DNA from: Octopus bimaculoides
Taxonomy: Eukaryota
NCBI RefSeq assembly: GCF_001194135.2
Contig: NC_068983.1
Coordinates: forward strand, 140,924,580 to 140,988,579
Length of the DNA: 64,000 nt
Direction of reading: 5' to 3'
Part shown: positions 51,989-64,000 of the stretch, one piece after another
How positions within the stretch are numbered: the first letter of the stretch is position 1
Layout of the letters: each line of letters begins with the position of its first letter
Program-made: the position numbers and the translations under genes
The notes under the pieces: model-generated
The model's input: only the letters and a program-made list of their open reading frames with translations
Databases searched by the model: none
Told to the model about the DNA's origin: nothing

Positions 51989-54249
51989 GTGCGTGTATAT
52001 AGATATACATATACACACATATTTAAACATGAGCATNNNNNNNNNNNNNNNNNNNNNNNNNNNNNNNNNNNNNNNNNNNNNNNNNNNNNNNNNNNNNNNN
52101 NNNNNNNNNNNNNNNNNNNNNNNNNNNNNNNNNNNNNNNNNNNNNNNNNNNNNNNNNNNNNNNNNNNNNNNNNNNNNNNNNNNNNNNNNNNNNNNNNNNN
52201 NNNNNNNNNNNNNNNNNNNNNNNNNNNNNNNNNNNNNNNNNNNNNNNNNNNNNNNNNNNNNNNNNNNNNNNNNNNNNNNNNNNNNNNNNNNNNNNNNNNN
52301 NNNNNNNNNNNNNNNNNNNNNNNNNNNNNNNNNNNNNNNNNNNNNNNNNNNNNNNNNNNNNNNNNNNNNNNNNNNNNNNNNNNNNNNNNNNNNNNNNNNN
52401 ATATATATATAAATATGTATGTATGTATGTATGTATATTCAAAAATGGGATTTAGCATTTCTTAATTAAATATATGGTTCTGTTATTTATTTACTGATCT
52501 TTATTTTGGGAAATGATAAAAGAAAACCTACAAATGAAACGAAAAATCCATTTACGTCGTCTCTTGTTTAACTTGAATATATTTAGCTTAAAGGAAAACT
52601 TATATGCATAAACGTATATGAAAGATATTCTGAATCTTTAATCCATAATCTTCTTTATAGTTCTTGAATATTTTCAAATCCTGGTTATATGAAACAAAAA
52701 TGAAATGTGTACCCTAATAGTTTCTAATATATCATTGGTTCTAGTAATCGAATGGATTTTAATTCTTTTGAGTAATCGTATTGCAACATACTATCATTCG
52801 TGTCATTTTAATCATATATTGACAGCCAGGGTAAACAACATTAGAAGAAAGAAAATTGAAATCTTACTCCTACTGAAAGCAGATGAAAACGTTACTAATG
52901 ATACAAAATTGAATAACAGTACGCTTCCTATATGAATGTCTAGTTGGTTATTGCTGATTTAATGAAGAAATATTTATTTATTTTTCGTTTCTTTTTCGAT
53001 GAATTTGTTCTTACATGTGTACTTCGACAATAGCTATTAAGATTTGTTTGCAGTTCTCCCTGGTAGTATTTACTCTCCTTAAAGTTTGTGCAATGCCAAC
53101 CGACGGCTGTGATTGCATCTGCATTTTGTGAATGGAAATCTTCCTGTTGCAGTCTCTCTGTTTTCTGCAAGAAATCATATGATTATATTATTTTATCAAC
53201 AATTTTATTTGTATTCTAGCCATTCTAGCCTTACAGGAATGTGTGGGTTTTATCAGCTTCTGTGGTTTAGTATACACTTAAAGAACTTTTCAGTAGTACT
53301 GAAGAACGGATTCAAAATCTCATATCACTTGTAAACTGGGAGTCAATGCGCTCATTACGCCATTAATCTTTGTCATATCCTTACTTTTATGTAAATTGTA
53401 TAATTCAATTCATTTAGCACAACTTTGCGCAGGACACAGGATTGTAGAAACAGTATCAGTGATCGAGTGTGCGTGAAATTTTCACAGGTTATGAAGAATC
53501 CCCAATATCCACTTCGCCATTCCATTTCCCCAATAATCCAAGTATATGTATGTCATCAAGAAAAATCGTTTACTTATATCTGTTTATTATACTGATATTA
53601 CAATTCGCTAATGATCGAGTTATTCTGTGCGTGTTAATTCGACATATTAATTTGTTTTTCAGTTCTCAATGTGTAATATATGGAATAATGGTAATGGCAA
53701 AAAATGACAATGCAGTAAAACTTTTCTCGATGCAAAGTAACCAACATAATATTGATGTGATGATTATGTATTCAATCTAAACTCTAACTTGTCAAATACG
53801 AATAGCTATTTGCAGTGAGTATTTGAGATTTTCCATTTAAATGTAATAACAATAATATAGTCACATTAAGTGTTTTCCAATCACCGGTTGTCGACGAAAT
53901 CTCATACTTCTTCACAACAGCTGTTCAAATAATGATTCAATCATCGATTCAAACGTCTGTGTATTTGTCTACATGTGACTGTCTCTATAGTAATTATTAT
54001 TTTTCGGCACTATATGTGATATATGTAAATACGTGTGGAGCATATCTATGTGTATGCATCGATGTTATGGTATCCATTTTGTCTTATTTTGTATGTGTAG
54101 ATTAGTACGTATGTGCGCGTGTTATGCGATACATTGCACTGTAAATTACGAGTTTTTTTATATATTTATATTCTCCGATTTTATACATTTTCTCTTGCAC
54201 AATGCAATCTTGTTTTATGACTTTTTACACATTACTAACATATGTAGCA

Positions 54250-55180
54250 TTCTAATACTCATTTATAGCTGAAAAGCAGTATGTGTGCATAACACAGCAA
54301 ATCTGATACCAGCACAGCAAACGGTAAACTCTTGTCAACAAATTCAATGAGGGCATTTCATTAACTATTCCTCTTACTAAGAAATGCAACAATATCACGC
54401 AATTTCATTCATTTAACCAATCCATTTGTTGCAAGTTTTCTAAGTAGCAAATCACCATAGTTAGGTTCATCCCCACATTTCATTTTCGCCTTACTCTTCA
54501 TCATTCATTAATTTATTCGACTATCATCGATTTTAGATGAATTCGTATCTCCAAGTTCCCAATTATACATTTTCTTCTTGATGTCTTATATTAGGTAGAT
54601 TCTAAGCAAAGTGAGAGCAAAATTTCTTGATGCATTCAACCAGGCTTCATTATAGTTAAAATCTTATTATTTATTCCATATCTTGAATAAAATAATTTGA
54701 GATCTTGAAAAGGCTTTCTTTACTGAGATAGCGTATTTATGGTTTTTACTTCCCTTAATGTATAGACTGTGAATTTAATGCAAAACTCCTGAATAATGGT
54801 GACCACATAACACTGTTCTTATCCATAAATAAGATTTTCAACGAATTGCTTAAGAGTTATTTTTCCCTGAATATTTTGCAATATAGAATCGTTGAACATA
54901 AATTTATATCGTTGGATCACATTAGTGAATATAATTGCACATAAGCATATCGTTGGATCTCATTGTGATGTAAACTTATTATTAATCTTTAACATATGAT
55001 AACCAAGTAAATATGTGAATTTATGGTGCAGCTTGTTGATATGTTCCTCTAGTTTTGTTATCCATCCGTATTCCTTAAGTTATGTTATTATTTTTGTGAG
55101 TATGTCTACTGCATCTACTAGCAGTTCTATGGCAAATATACAGAAACGGGTAATTCTTGTTCAATACGTAATATGATATA
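54250..55180 (-). mobile_element. Probable decayed hAT (Charlie/GTF2IRD2-like) transposase remnant
   Basis: Frameshifted pieces in the expected order: SYYV..K..PF, LEEHINKLHHKFTY, IRHQEE, EPNYGDLLL...LRDIVAFL (compare EYGDLL.H..VRWL...LR.EI..FL). Confidence 0.45.
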
Positions 55181-55689
55181 TCTTCATATAATCTTTTAGT
55201 CTTCAGCGACATTTCGAATAAATTTTAACATCATATTAGTCGTTTTTACCGTAATCTCATAACGGAATTTTATCTTAGAGAAATTAGGAAAATGATTAAT
55301 TCTGTCAGAACTGTTTCATATAGAGATTATAAGATGTTATGCAGTTGTGCTGATAGCGATGTTGCCAGTGGTTTGTGCATAATTCTTCCGTTCTATTCTA
55401 TAGATTTTGATATCTTTCGAAAACTAACATCACAGATTTTGGAATTAAAATTTCTATGTAAACCATTCAAATAAGACCCAAGGAAGCGTGTTCAGCAAGC
55501 TCTTTAATTAAGATGTGACTTTTGGTCAGGTGGATTTCATTTCACAAATTCTTTATCGCTTTATACACAGATTGCCGAAAGTTTGAGAATGATGTTTAGC
55601 GGGACAAAATTGGAAGACGACTTGACGTAATGTTTCGCGGCAGGTGCCAAATTTAAACTTCCCCATTCATCTCTGAAACATATAGAAAC

Positions 55690-56030
55690 AAATCGATATG
55701 GCAGGCTTTACCTTGATACAGAAAATGGAAACGCAAGTCGTACTTGCTTTTCTGACCGCAAAATATAAGACTCGAAAATTTACAGCTTCTTGACTGTATC
55801 CTCTACTACGAGTACCTGGTAAAAGCTGGAGGCCCTTAACAGAAACAGATTACCTACGACCAAGACACATAATTACTCATCTATCAGAAGTGTCAAAATG
55901 AACGAGGTCATCTATGATGCTTTGGGGATCATCACCAGCAACCTCAGTGGATGAATGAAGGACATTGTAGAACAGGAAGGTGTACAGAAATGTGACGCGC
56001 AAGAATATCGCATACAATTCCCATTGAATA
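55690..56030 (+). mobile_element. Possible decayed restriction-like endonuclease (RLE) C-terminus of a non-LTR element
   Basis: LTV..YYEYLVKA and EVIYDALGIITSNL resemble the ELTVP.E.N...A and V..GALG.I...L motifs. Frameshifted. Confidence 0.35.
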
Positions 56031-57499
56031 AGAGAAGGCAGTTTCGTAAGAACTGTATAAGCATGTAATACCAAGATTATGATACCTCTTAACATTATGA
56101 TTTGAATGACCTGGACTGTTCCATTTATCTTCAGACGGAACTATTTGTTGACTCAGGGTTAAAAATAGTTTGGCAACAGCTGGTATGACTGTTGTGAGAG
56201 GTTTGATAGTAGTCAATATGAGCCTTGAATTCAGTCGCTTCCCTTACTGTGCAAAGTTGGTATAGTGCCTGAGAGCGAGCACGTTTCTGTTCAATAGTGT
56301 GTTTATTGAGGCATTTAGTGTGTCGTACCTCTTTCGTGGTGAATATGCCGGTTCTGTGTTTGATGTTTTTGTTTTAGTGTTTTATTTTCTTCTCGATTGC
56401 CTGGTGCAACCTGTATAGGTGATAGGATTGCACTAACACGCATCTAAGATTATTCTTAAATATAACGTAAGGAGAATACGTCGTTTTTAACAGATTAGAG
56501 ATTTTATGTACTATTGACGTCGGCAGTACTATTGATTTCAGCATTTATTCAATTCATTTTTAGCTATGATCGTATAAACTATTTTCAATGTTGAGGAAAG
56601 TATTTTATAACATATGGCTGGAATAACGCTAACATTTCAGTAGTAATTATTTTATTTTACATATGGAAAAACCATAAGAATAATAATTGTGTCAAACTGA
56701 AACTAAGGAACAGATACTTGTTTAAAATGCAACAGACTCAGATCGAACCAGAGTTCTCGTAGTAGGGAAGAGAATTTTGTAGCTAGCCATTGGGCTTTAT
56801 ATTGTGCGTCACGACACACAAATACATAAATAAACGATGCACATGTACGACCACCCTACGTGTGTGTGCGTGTGTGTATGTGATACAAGACTACTGTAAT
56901 ACAAAAAAAAAAGAGCCATTTAGCAGGACATCTTATTCCCAGGAAATTATTTTTCAAAAATGAACATTCGTGCATCAGAAAATATCTAAAACATATTGGA
57001 TAGCAAATTTATAGAAATTTTCACAAGATGTTCATTCAAAATTTGAGAAATCTCCTTAGACTTTTTCTACAATGTTAAAGAATCCAATTTGCAAATCAAT
57101 TCAGCGGAAAATTCAGGCCTGAATTAAGATGGTAAATAAAATCTCTCTACGAGGGAAATGTACAAGTGTTTTTTTGAAAATAGGCGAAATGTATAATTCC
57201 AGTTAAGAAAATATATTCAGGTAATAATGCATTAAAATGTATCCATTCATGCTTTTCATTCTACTTACAGTGGTACATATGAAATAATGTACACATTAAA
57301 TGTATTTAATCGGAGCATTAATGGCAAATGTGTGTGTGTGTGTGCATATATGAGGAGTATCTTTTTGATGCATGTTTCATTGATTACGTAATTGCGTTCA
57401 AGTGATTTCGTTTTTATTTCATATTTTTTGTATTCTTATTAGTTTTTACAGCTTTGGATTAGTAGATTTTCTATATCCATGTCCGACGTTTTTATACAT

Positions 57500-57840
57500 T
57501 TACAGTTTTCTTATCAAGAGTTGGACTGAATACACACACAGCATATAATCCAAACCGACCTCCTTCGAGTTATTATTGTTCCGATCCATGGCTCACTTCC
57601 TGCACTCGCGATACTCCATCTGACACACAAACTTAAACAGCTAAAAGCTATCTATCGCTCAAAATTTGGTTCATCATCCAAGAGGAGTTGGAAGCTTCAG
57701 TGAAGGAGTTCTTCGCCTCGAACGACAAGAACTGGGATAAAAAATCTAGCGAAAAGGTGGTTTCCAATGGCGCAACACGATGGGCTCTAATTTGAATAAT
57801 TGACTGCTTTTGTTGTAACCTGAATAAAGCAAACAAGTTA
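57500..57840 (+). mobile_element. Mariner transposase C-terminal fragment
   Basis: Frameshifted YYLFRSMAHFL (compare SDYHLFRSM.HFL), then QEELEASVKEFFASNDKNW (compare EEVE.AV.EFF.SK..EFY). Confidence 0.8.
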
Positions 57841-57929
57841 CCAAATATTGCAAAGATTTTGACTCAACACAATATTTTTTATTTAATTTCATTTTGTAGT
57901 TGTGGTGTAATGCTGTGGAATAGATCATG

Positions 57930-58600
57930 TCGCAAGTACCGTCTCTACGTTAGATATAAAACGTTTGTTCACGAATGTACCTGTGGTAGAAATTGCAGAA
58001 ATCATTATAAATTTGTGTACATGAATACTTAGATATAAATCCACACACGATCCCTTACGATATGCACAAGTGAAGTGCTTTTTGCTACACAAATGTCAAG
58101 TTTTAGAAACAAACTGATGAATTCGACATGGGTTCCCCATAGGACTTCTGTCTTTTGCATTCTACCTAACAGAATAATACCAAAGTATAAACACATGATG
58201 TGCCCATCCATGTAGACGATTTATTAGTTGCAAGGGATACACTAAAGAAGATGAGGGATTAAAAGAAAATTTAGAAACCAAACGTGTGCTAGAATTTCAC
58301 ATCCAAATTAATCGTCAATGTAATCAAGAAGAATCAAACAAACGCATATGCCGAGATGGAGACTTTCAATACACATACGGCTAAAATCACTCCTCAGAAA
58401 ACCATTTATATTTTCGCCCACAAACAATGTATTAGAGAAGGAAATACATAGAATTAAACAAACATTAATTGACAACGGATATTCTAACAGACTAATAGGC
58501 GAAGTTGTTGAAGAATACAAACATAAATACGGTATAGCAAATATATCAGAGAAAACATGAAACGGAGACACGCGAACTACACATGAAAATTTATTACATA
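57930..58600 (+). mobile_element. Penelope-like element RT fragment, decayed
   Basis: TLDIKRLFTNVPVVEIAEII, MGSP*G, HVDD and LEKEIHRIKQTLIDNGYSNRLI appear in the order expected for PLE RT and thumb. Confidence 0.85.
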
Positions 58601-59054
58601 AAGAAAATGCACAAACCCTATCAAACACTCGAGATGGTTGTTTGTGGATAGTTCCATATCAAACATCACTTTCTTATAATTTAATTTAATTCCTTAAGGG
58701 TTATAATATTTCACGAAGCTGGAAACTCGGCTTTTAATATACGTCGTCGAAACTAATATAGAGCTGATTATCACATGTAACTGGCTACAAATGTTACTGT
58801 CGGTTTCGCGGAGAATATTACCACTAGAAAATAGTGACGACTCTTCAGAAACGCAAGCCGGAAGCACAAAGCCTCTTTAGCGCTTGTTATACATTGGCAA
58901 TAGATTGCCTCATTTATAAGAAGGTGCTTCAAAAACGTAGCCAAAAATATTTTAGAGTAGAGAGTGGAGGAACTGAAAACAAAGGAAGGGAGAATTGTTC
59001 CCCATGGGTTAATATTGGTTCAGATTTTGGCACAAGGTCAGCAATTTCAGAGAA

Positions 59055-59180
59055 AGGGCTAAGTCGATTACATGGACCCCAGTCTTCAACTGGTACTTAT
59101 TTTATCGTCCTCGAAAGAATAAATGGCAAAGTGAACCTCGGTGAAATTTGAGCTCAGAAGGTAAAGATGAACGGCAATGG
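59055..59180 (-). mobile_element. SINE family C fragment
   Basis: aagtcgattacatggaccccagtcttcaactggtacttattttatcg...ggcaaagtgaacctcggtgaaatttgagctcagaa. Confidence 0.85.
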
Positions 59181-60267
59181 ATTAATATTGGCTATGAGTG
59201 AGGTAACTAAATATCGATTCTATCGTTATACAGTTCAACTAGCATGTTACCAGGTCGTCAAAACAAATTTGTGTGCATGAAAGTAGTATTCAAGAACTCC
59301 CCCTTACATTTGAAGCGTAGATCGGTATACCCTGCAAAGGCATGCACACATATGGATACGCAGAATTTCTCTCCCACATACACGTTAGAGAAGGCAAAAT
59401 TGCATGAAGTGGCATTGAGTCAAAATAAAGAGAGAGACATACAGAAGAAGAAATGAGTCATGGGAAAGAGACGCCAGAGATGAGGGCAAAATTGACGAGC
59501 ACAGGGAAGAAGATTTGTAAAAAGGGAGAGAGCGATATAGAGCATGCTAATATTTCAAACGTGACGACAAGTTTAAAAATAATCGAATGAAATTGGGAAC
59601 CAAAAACGTTGGAGTGTGATTAGTATACGGAAACACAAATATAAAGCTAACTTCTATATCATTCTGCTTGTTCCTATGGCCTAACTGACTTCTCCGTGTG
59701 TCAAGCCAAGAGAGGTAATAACTCTTATAGAGAAATATGTGCAGAGAAGCAGGAGAAGGGAGAGAAAGGAAGAAACAGATAGGAACGGAAAAAATAGATT
59801 CAGTGAAAAATAGAAAAAGAAAATGCGTGAGAGAGAGACAGGAAGAGGAAGGGAGAGACAGAATGGAAGAAAGAAAGACAGAAAGCAAGAAAGAAAGACA
59901 GAAAGAAAGAAAGAAAGAAAGACTGAAAAAGAGGGAGAATGTCTATCTCATCGTTCTATTGTATCAAATAACATGCTCCGTCGAATTCTTTAGCATAATG
60001 AAACAATGTCATAAAGATCTATAAATTTATGCATTAAAAGATGTATCGAAAGATTGTTAAATTAAATTGAAATAACCTTAGTTAGCAAATAGTTGTGGAT
60101 GTTTTTGTATTTTATGTGATCCAGAACAAGGGCAGCGATCTTGCTGGGACATCGGCATTATCCATTTTCTTTATTAGGTTTCAATGTATATCGGTATTAT
60201 GAGATTAGACAGATACAAACATTGCTAGAAGGAAAATTAGATATGATTGTTAATTAGACGGATAAGC

Positions 60268-60339
<72 letters not shown>

Positions 60340-60340
60340 C
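60268..60340. repeat. (GATA)n microsatellite
   Basis: Direct reading. Confidence 0.95.
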
Positions 60341-62289
60341 GATTGATTGATAAACAGATAGTAGAGTCTACAAATATATCAATAGATATGCAAACAGGGA
60401 GATAAATTAGATATACAAAATAGATAAACAGCAGAATTGAAGTATTATATTGGAAAGTGCGGTTTTGATTAAATGGTAGGATTTCAAAAAAAATCCCCTT
60501 CCCCCCGTTTGAAATTTCTTTCCTGTATTTAATATATTAACGTAAAGTTTTCAAATATAATGACTTACATCGTGGAATTTCCCCGGGTCCTACTAGAATT
60601 ATATCATTATAAATTAAACGGAGTCGAAAATCGTTAACTGCTGGCAGTTTCGAAATCTTCATGTTGCTTCTCTTCAACTTTTGTGAAGCAGTCTTGAGGT
60701 TTGGATCGTATACTATACAATTTTATTGAACAGTAGCAGTCGTTATCTTCCGTGAAGAGAGATTGCAAATTTAATGAAATATTCTCCGAAAAGCGATGTT
60801 TTTCTCCGGCAAATTTATTTCTGAGCATTAAACTTAAATCCTAACCACATGCATACATTTAATTATAAGTGCATACACATATGCTCAAACACATGCGCGT
60901 ACACGATTGCACATATAAACGCAGAACTTTGTCACGCGCATATTTTCGTGAAGGCAGGAATGCATGCAGATAAGGTAACGGAGTGGGAGGAAGGAAGATT
61001 TTCTGTACAGGAAAATAGTGTAAAATTCCCTTTGGTTCATGTAACTAAAATGCAACGAAGTCTGCATGGCATCAGATATGTATTTAACTTGAGATATGCA
61101 TAATTAAGGCTTATCATGATATTAATTCGCTTATAATTGTTGAATTGTAACAACTGGGGAAAGCATTATTTTGCATTCTTTGTTGAGGTATTTTGTGAAA
61201 TCAAAAGCACATGTGATCACAGATTCCTGATAATTATTTGAATGCGCATACACAATGATGCTTATTACTACTTTTCTTCGGGAGTTACGCAACCTATTCA
61301 AGTTATTAATTTCAAATGGGAAACGGTATGTAAAAGAGATAAACTACAAAATGCTGCATCCATGATAAAATAAAGGAAAAAGAAAATAGCCAAGGATGTA
61401 ACGTTTACAAAGAATTTCTGAATTCATTCATTAATCCATATTACATAATGGTGAGATAGCCCAGGATTTGAGGTTAGTTACCATTCTGGATGGTAATATT
61501 GATATTTGCGCAAATTTCCGGTGAAAAAAGCAATAAGTTCTCTCAAGTTAATTTGGAGTTATAACAAAAATATGCTCCAGTTTAATTCGATAGTTATAAA
61601 TCAAATGGCTATCAGTATAGATTTATTTGATCAGTCTGACAGCGGCTGCAATAATAGCAACAACATTAACAAAAGTAATTTTGTTTGAATCACACACACA
61701 CATGCGCACACGCACGGATGCATGTACACGCACACATATTGAACAACATTTCGGTTTATATTGGGTGTGGCACCAGAAAAGCAATTAAGAATGCATAGCG
61801 TGATGTTATCGTCATGGATATATCACCATTAGGCGTTATTATAATAGCTACTGAATTGAAGTCATAGAGACAAGTTGTGCAGAAAATTCCCTGCCCATGT
61901 TCGTGGGCAACTGGGATATATTCTGGTGGAATGCAAAACATATCTGGCTGTGATTTGATTGGGTTAAATGTTACTTTGAGATAAAAAAAAATCTGTATGA
62001 TGTGCTATATATATTTCAACCACCTTGTATTAAAGGAAGAGTGCAAAAATCTAAAAACAGCATGATCCATAACGTTTGATGATGCGTGTCCTTTCTACCA
62101 TCTGTTGGAAACATATTTTTTCACGATGGAAGGTGATAGTTTCATTTAAATACCGGAATATATCCAGTCCCCAAATTCTCCTTATAGCCATCTGCTACCC
62201 ATATTTATTCGAAAGTATATTAGATATAATCTTAAGCTCAAATGATTCAAAGTGCTAAAGCGTCAGTGCATGCCCTGCGCTTATAATAT

Positions 62290-62460
62290 AAGCAGAGAAA
62301 AAGGCACCAAGCTGCCAGAACCGTAAACACACCACCGGACAAAATGGATGCTTAGCTGCATTTCATCCCTATTTACGTTCTGGTTTCAAATTCCGCCGAG
62401 CTCGACTTTGCTTTTCATCACTGGGTGTCAATGTAATCGACTTATCCCATCGACCGAACT
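62290..62460 (+). mobile_element. SINE family C
   Basis: aaggcaccaagctgccagaaccgt...ttacgttctggtttcaaattccgccgagctcgactttgcttttcatc[deletion]actgggtgtcaatgtaatcgactt. Confidence 0.8.
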
Positions 62461-62571
62461 TGCGCGCTTGTGTGACTGTTTATAATGAATTTTTGGAACG
62501 TTGGCTCTTAAAGCAAATACTCTATATATAATAGTGGTTAAATATCTAGTTACACAACACCATACGCACGC

Positions 62572-62622
<51 letters not shown>

Positions 62623-63151
62623 NNNNNNNNNNNNNNNNNNNNNNNNNNNNNNNNNNNNNNNNNNNNNNNNNNNNNNNNNNNNNNNNNNNNNNNNNNNNNN
62701 NNNNNNNNNNNNNNNNNNNNNNNNNNNNNNNNNNNNNNNNNNNNNNNNNNNNNNNNNNNNNNNNNNNNNNNNNNNNNNNNNNNNNNNNNNNNNNNNNNNN
62801 NNNNNNNNNNNNNNNNNNNNNNNNNNNNNNNNNNNNNNNNNNNNNNNNNNNNNNNNNNNNNNNNNNNNNNNNNNNNNNNNNNNNNNNNNNNNNNNNNNNN
62901 NNNNNNNNNNNNNNNNNNNNNNNNNNNNNNNNNNNNNNNNNNNNNNNNNNNNNNNNNNNNNNNNNNNNNNNNNNNNNNNNNNNNNNNNNNNNNNNNNNNN
63001 NNNNNNNNNNNNNNNNNNNNNNNNNNNNNNNNNNNNNNNNNNNNNNNNNNNNNNNNNNNNNNNNNNNNNNNNNNNNNNNNNNNNNNNNNNNNNNNNNNNN
63101 NNNNNNNNNNNNNNNNNNNNNNNNNNNNNNNNNNNNNNNNNNNNNNNNNNN

Positions 63152-64000
63152 GGTAGTTCGTCGAAAGTGGTTCGAATCTGCATTTTTCCTTCCACCTGTT
63201 GTACCTTTCCCTGTCTATTAAAATCGCCTTCACATTCTCACCGTAACTGTCCTTCGGCAACGTCACCCTTATAACTGATTTCATTTTTGTAATCATTTTT
63301 TCCGTGCACACATTTTTGCCGTATTTTACAAAATGCCAATTGTATTTCCTCCGTTTTTTTTTACTGTATCCTGTTCTTGGCTCGCTTTATCCATTTTAGT
63401 TGTTGTCGCTTCTTCCTCTTGCTGTTGTTCCACTTTATGGCTTAAACAACCCTCCAGTTTGCTTGCTTCTATCTTTTCCTCCTCCATAACTTCTTTCTCA
63501 ACCTCCTTTTCTACCTCTCTCTCCATTCAATCTCCTTTACAACTGCTTCCTCTATATACTTTGTTTCTTCTTTTTCTGCCTCTCCAGGGGAGAGCCCTTC
63601 CTTTTTCTTTTTTAACCACTTCGAATCCCTCCTCTGCCTCTTTCGCCTCCTCCTGTACTTCATCATTCGCTTTCTCCTGCTCCTCCGACTGTTCCATTTC
63701 TTGTTCTTTTTCTTCTCTCTGGGAGCACCTCGCCTTCATGTGGCCTTTCTCGCCACGCAAATAACAACTGGGAGGCTTGCCCTCTACCACTACCCTCAAT
63801 CTCACATCTTCAGGCAGAATGATTTCTTCTGGGATTTTGATCATATCATTCTCAGTTGTCTGAAGTGACATCTCGATCCACCAGTCCACCAGTCCCCCTT
63901 TCTCGTTGTTAGGATACTGGCATCCCCTTCCATGTTGTGTATTATCGCTGCAACCAACCATGTCTCCTCTCATTCTAGTGATACTTTTTCCCAACCTCAC
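63152..64000 (-). mobile_element. L1/Tx1-type non-LTR ORF1 (gag-like, zinc knuckle) remnant; runs off the window edge
   Basis: IPEEIILPEDVRLRVVVEGKPPSCYLRGEKGHMKARC (CCHC knuckle with the second Cys changed to Arg), followed by a Glu/Lys-rich tail. A stop at 63527-63529 and an upstream frameshift indicate decay. Confidence 0.75.

Noticed and set aside
61756-61941. Minus ORF with IIITPNGDISMTITSRY, reminiscent of a Cys-loop receptor strand
   Set aside because: No W.PD motif at the right spacing, no Cys-loop, and weak splice sites; probably chance.

Overview
AT-rich, microsatellite-saturated animal genomic DNA from a draft assembly. All 13 N-gaps abut microsatellite or simple-repeat sequence on at least one side. 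The tRNA-derived SINE families look like octopus (coleoid) repeats; this is inference from recalled repeat sequences. I cannot support any intact host protein-coding gene. The long ORFs in the track are microsatellite or N-gap artefacts, or transposon remnants. The window is a transposon graveyard. It holds non-LTR remnants (R4/Dong, RTE x2, L1/Tx1 ORF1 plus weaker Tx1, CR1/L2 and RLE traces), a Penelope-like RT, a Helitron helicase C-terminus, two mariner fragments, a maT/DD37D-like Tc1-mariner with both ends, probable hAT/Charlie traces, and about 18 SINE copies from three families. The best non-obvious signal is a textbook type I hammerhead ribozyme motif at 42039-42095 (+), with a palindromic stem III of the Penelope/retrozyme type. 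Its stem-I flank recurs beside the Penelope fragment at 58.7 kb. Also notable: a 1-1.6 kb imperfect palindrome (30.2-31.8 kb), SINE module shuffling visible within the window, a perfect 18-bp hairpin present in only one copy of a tandem duplication, and a Helitron-linked tandem micro-repeat.
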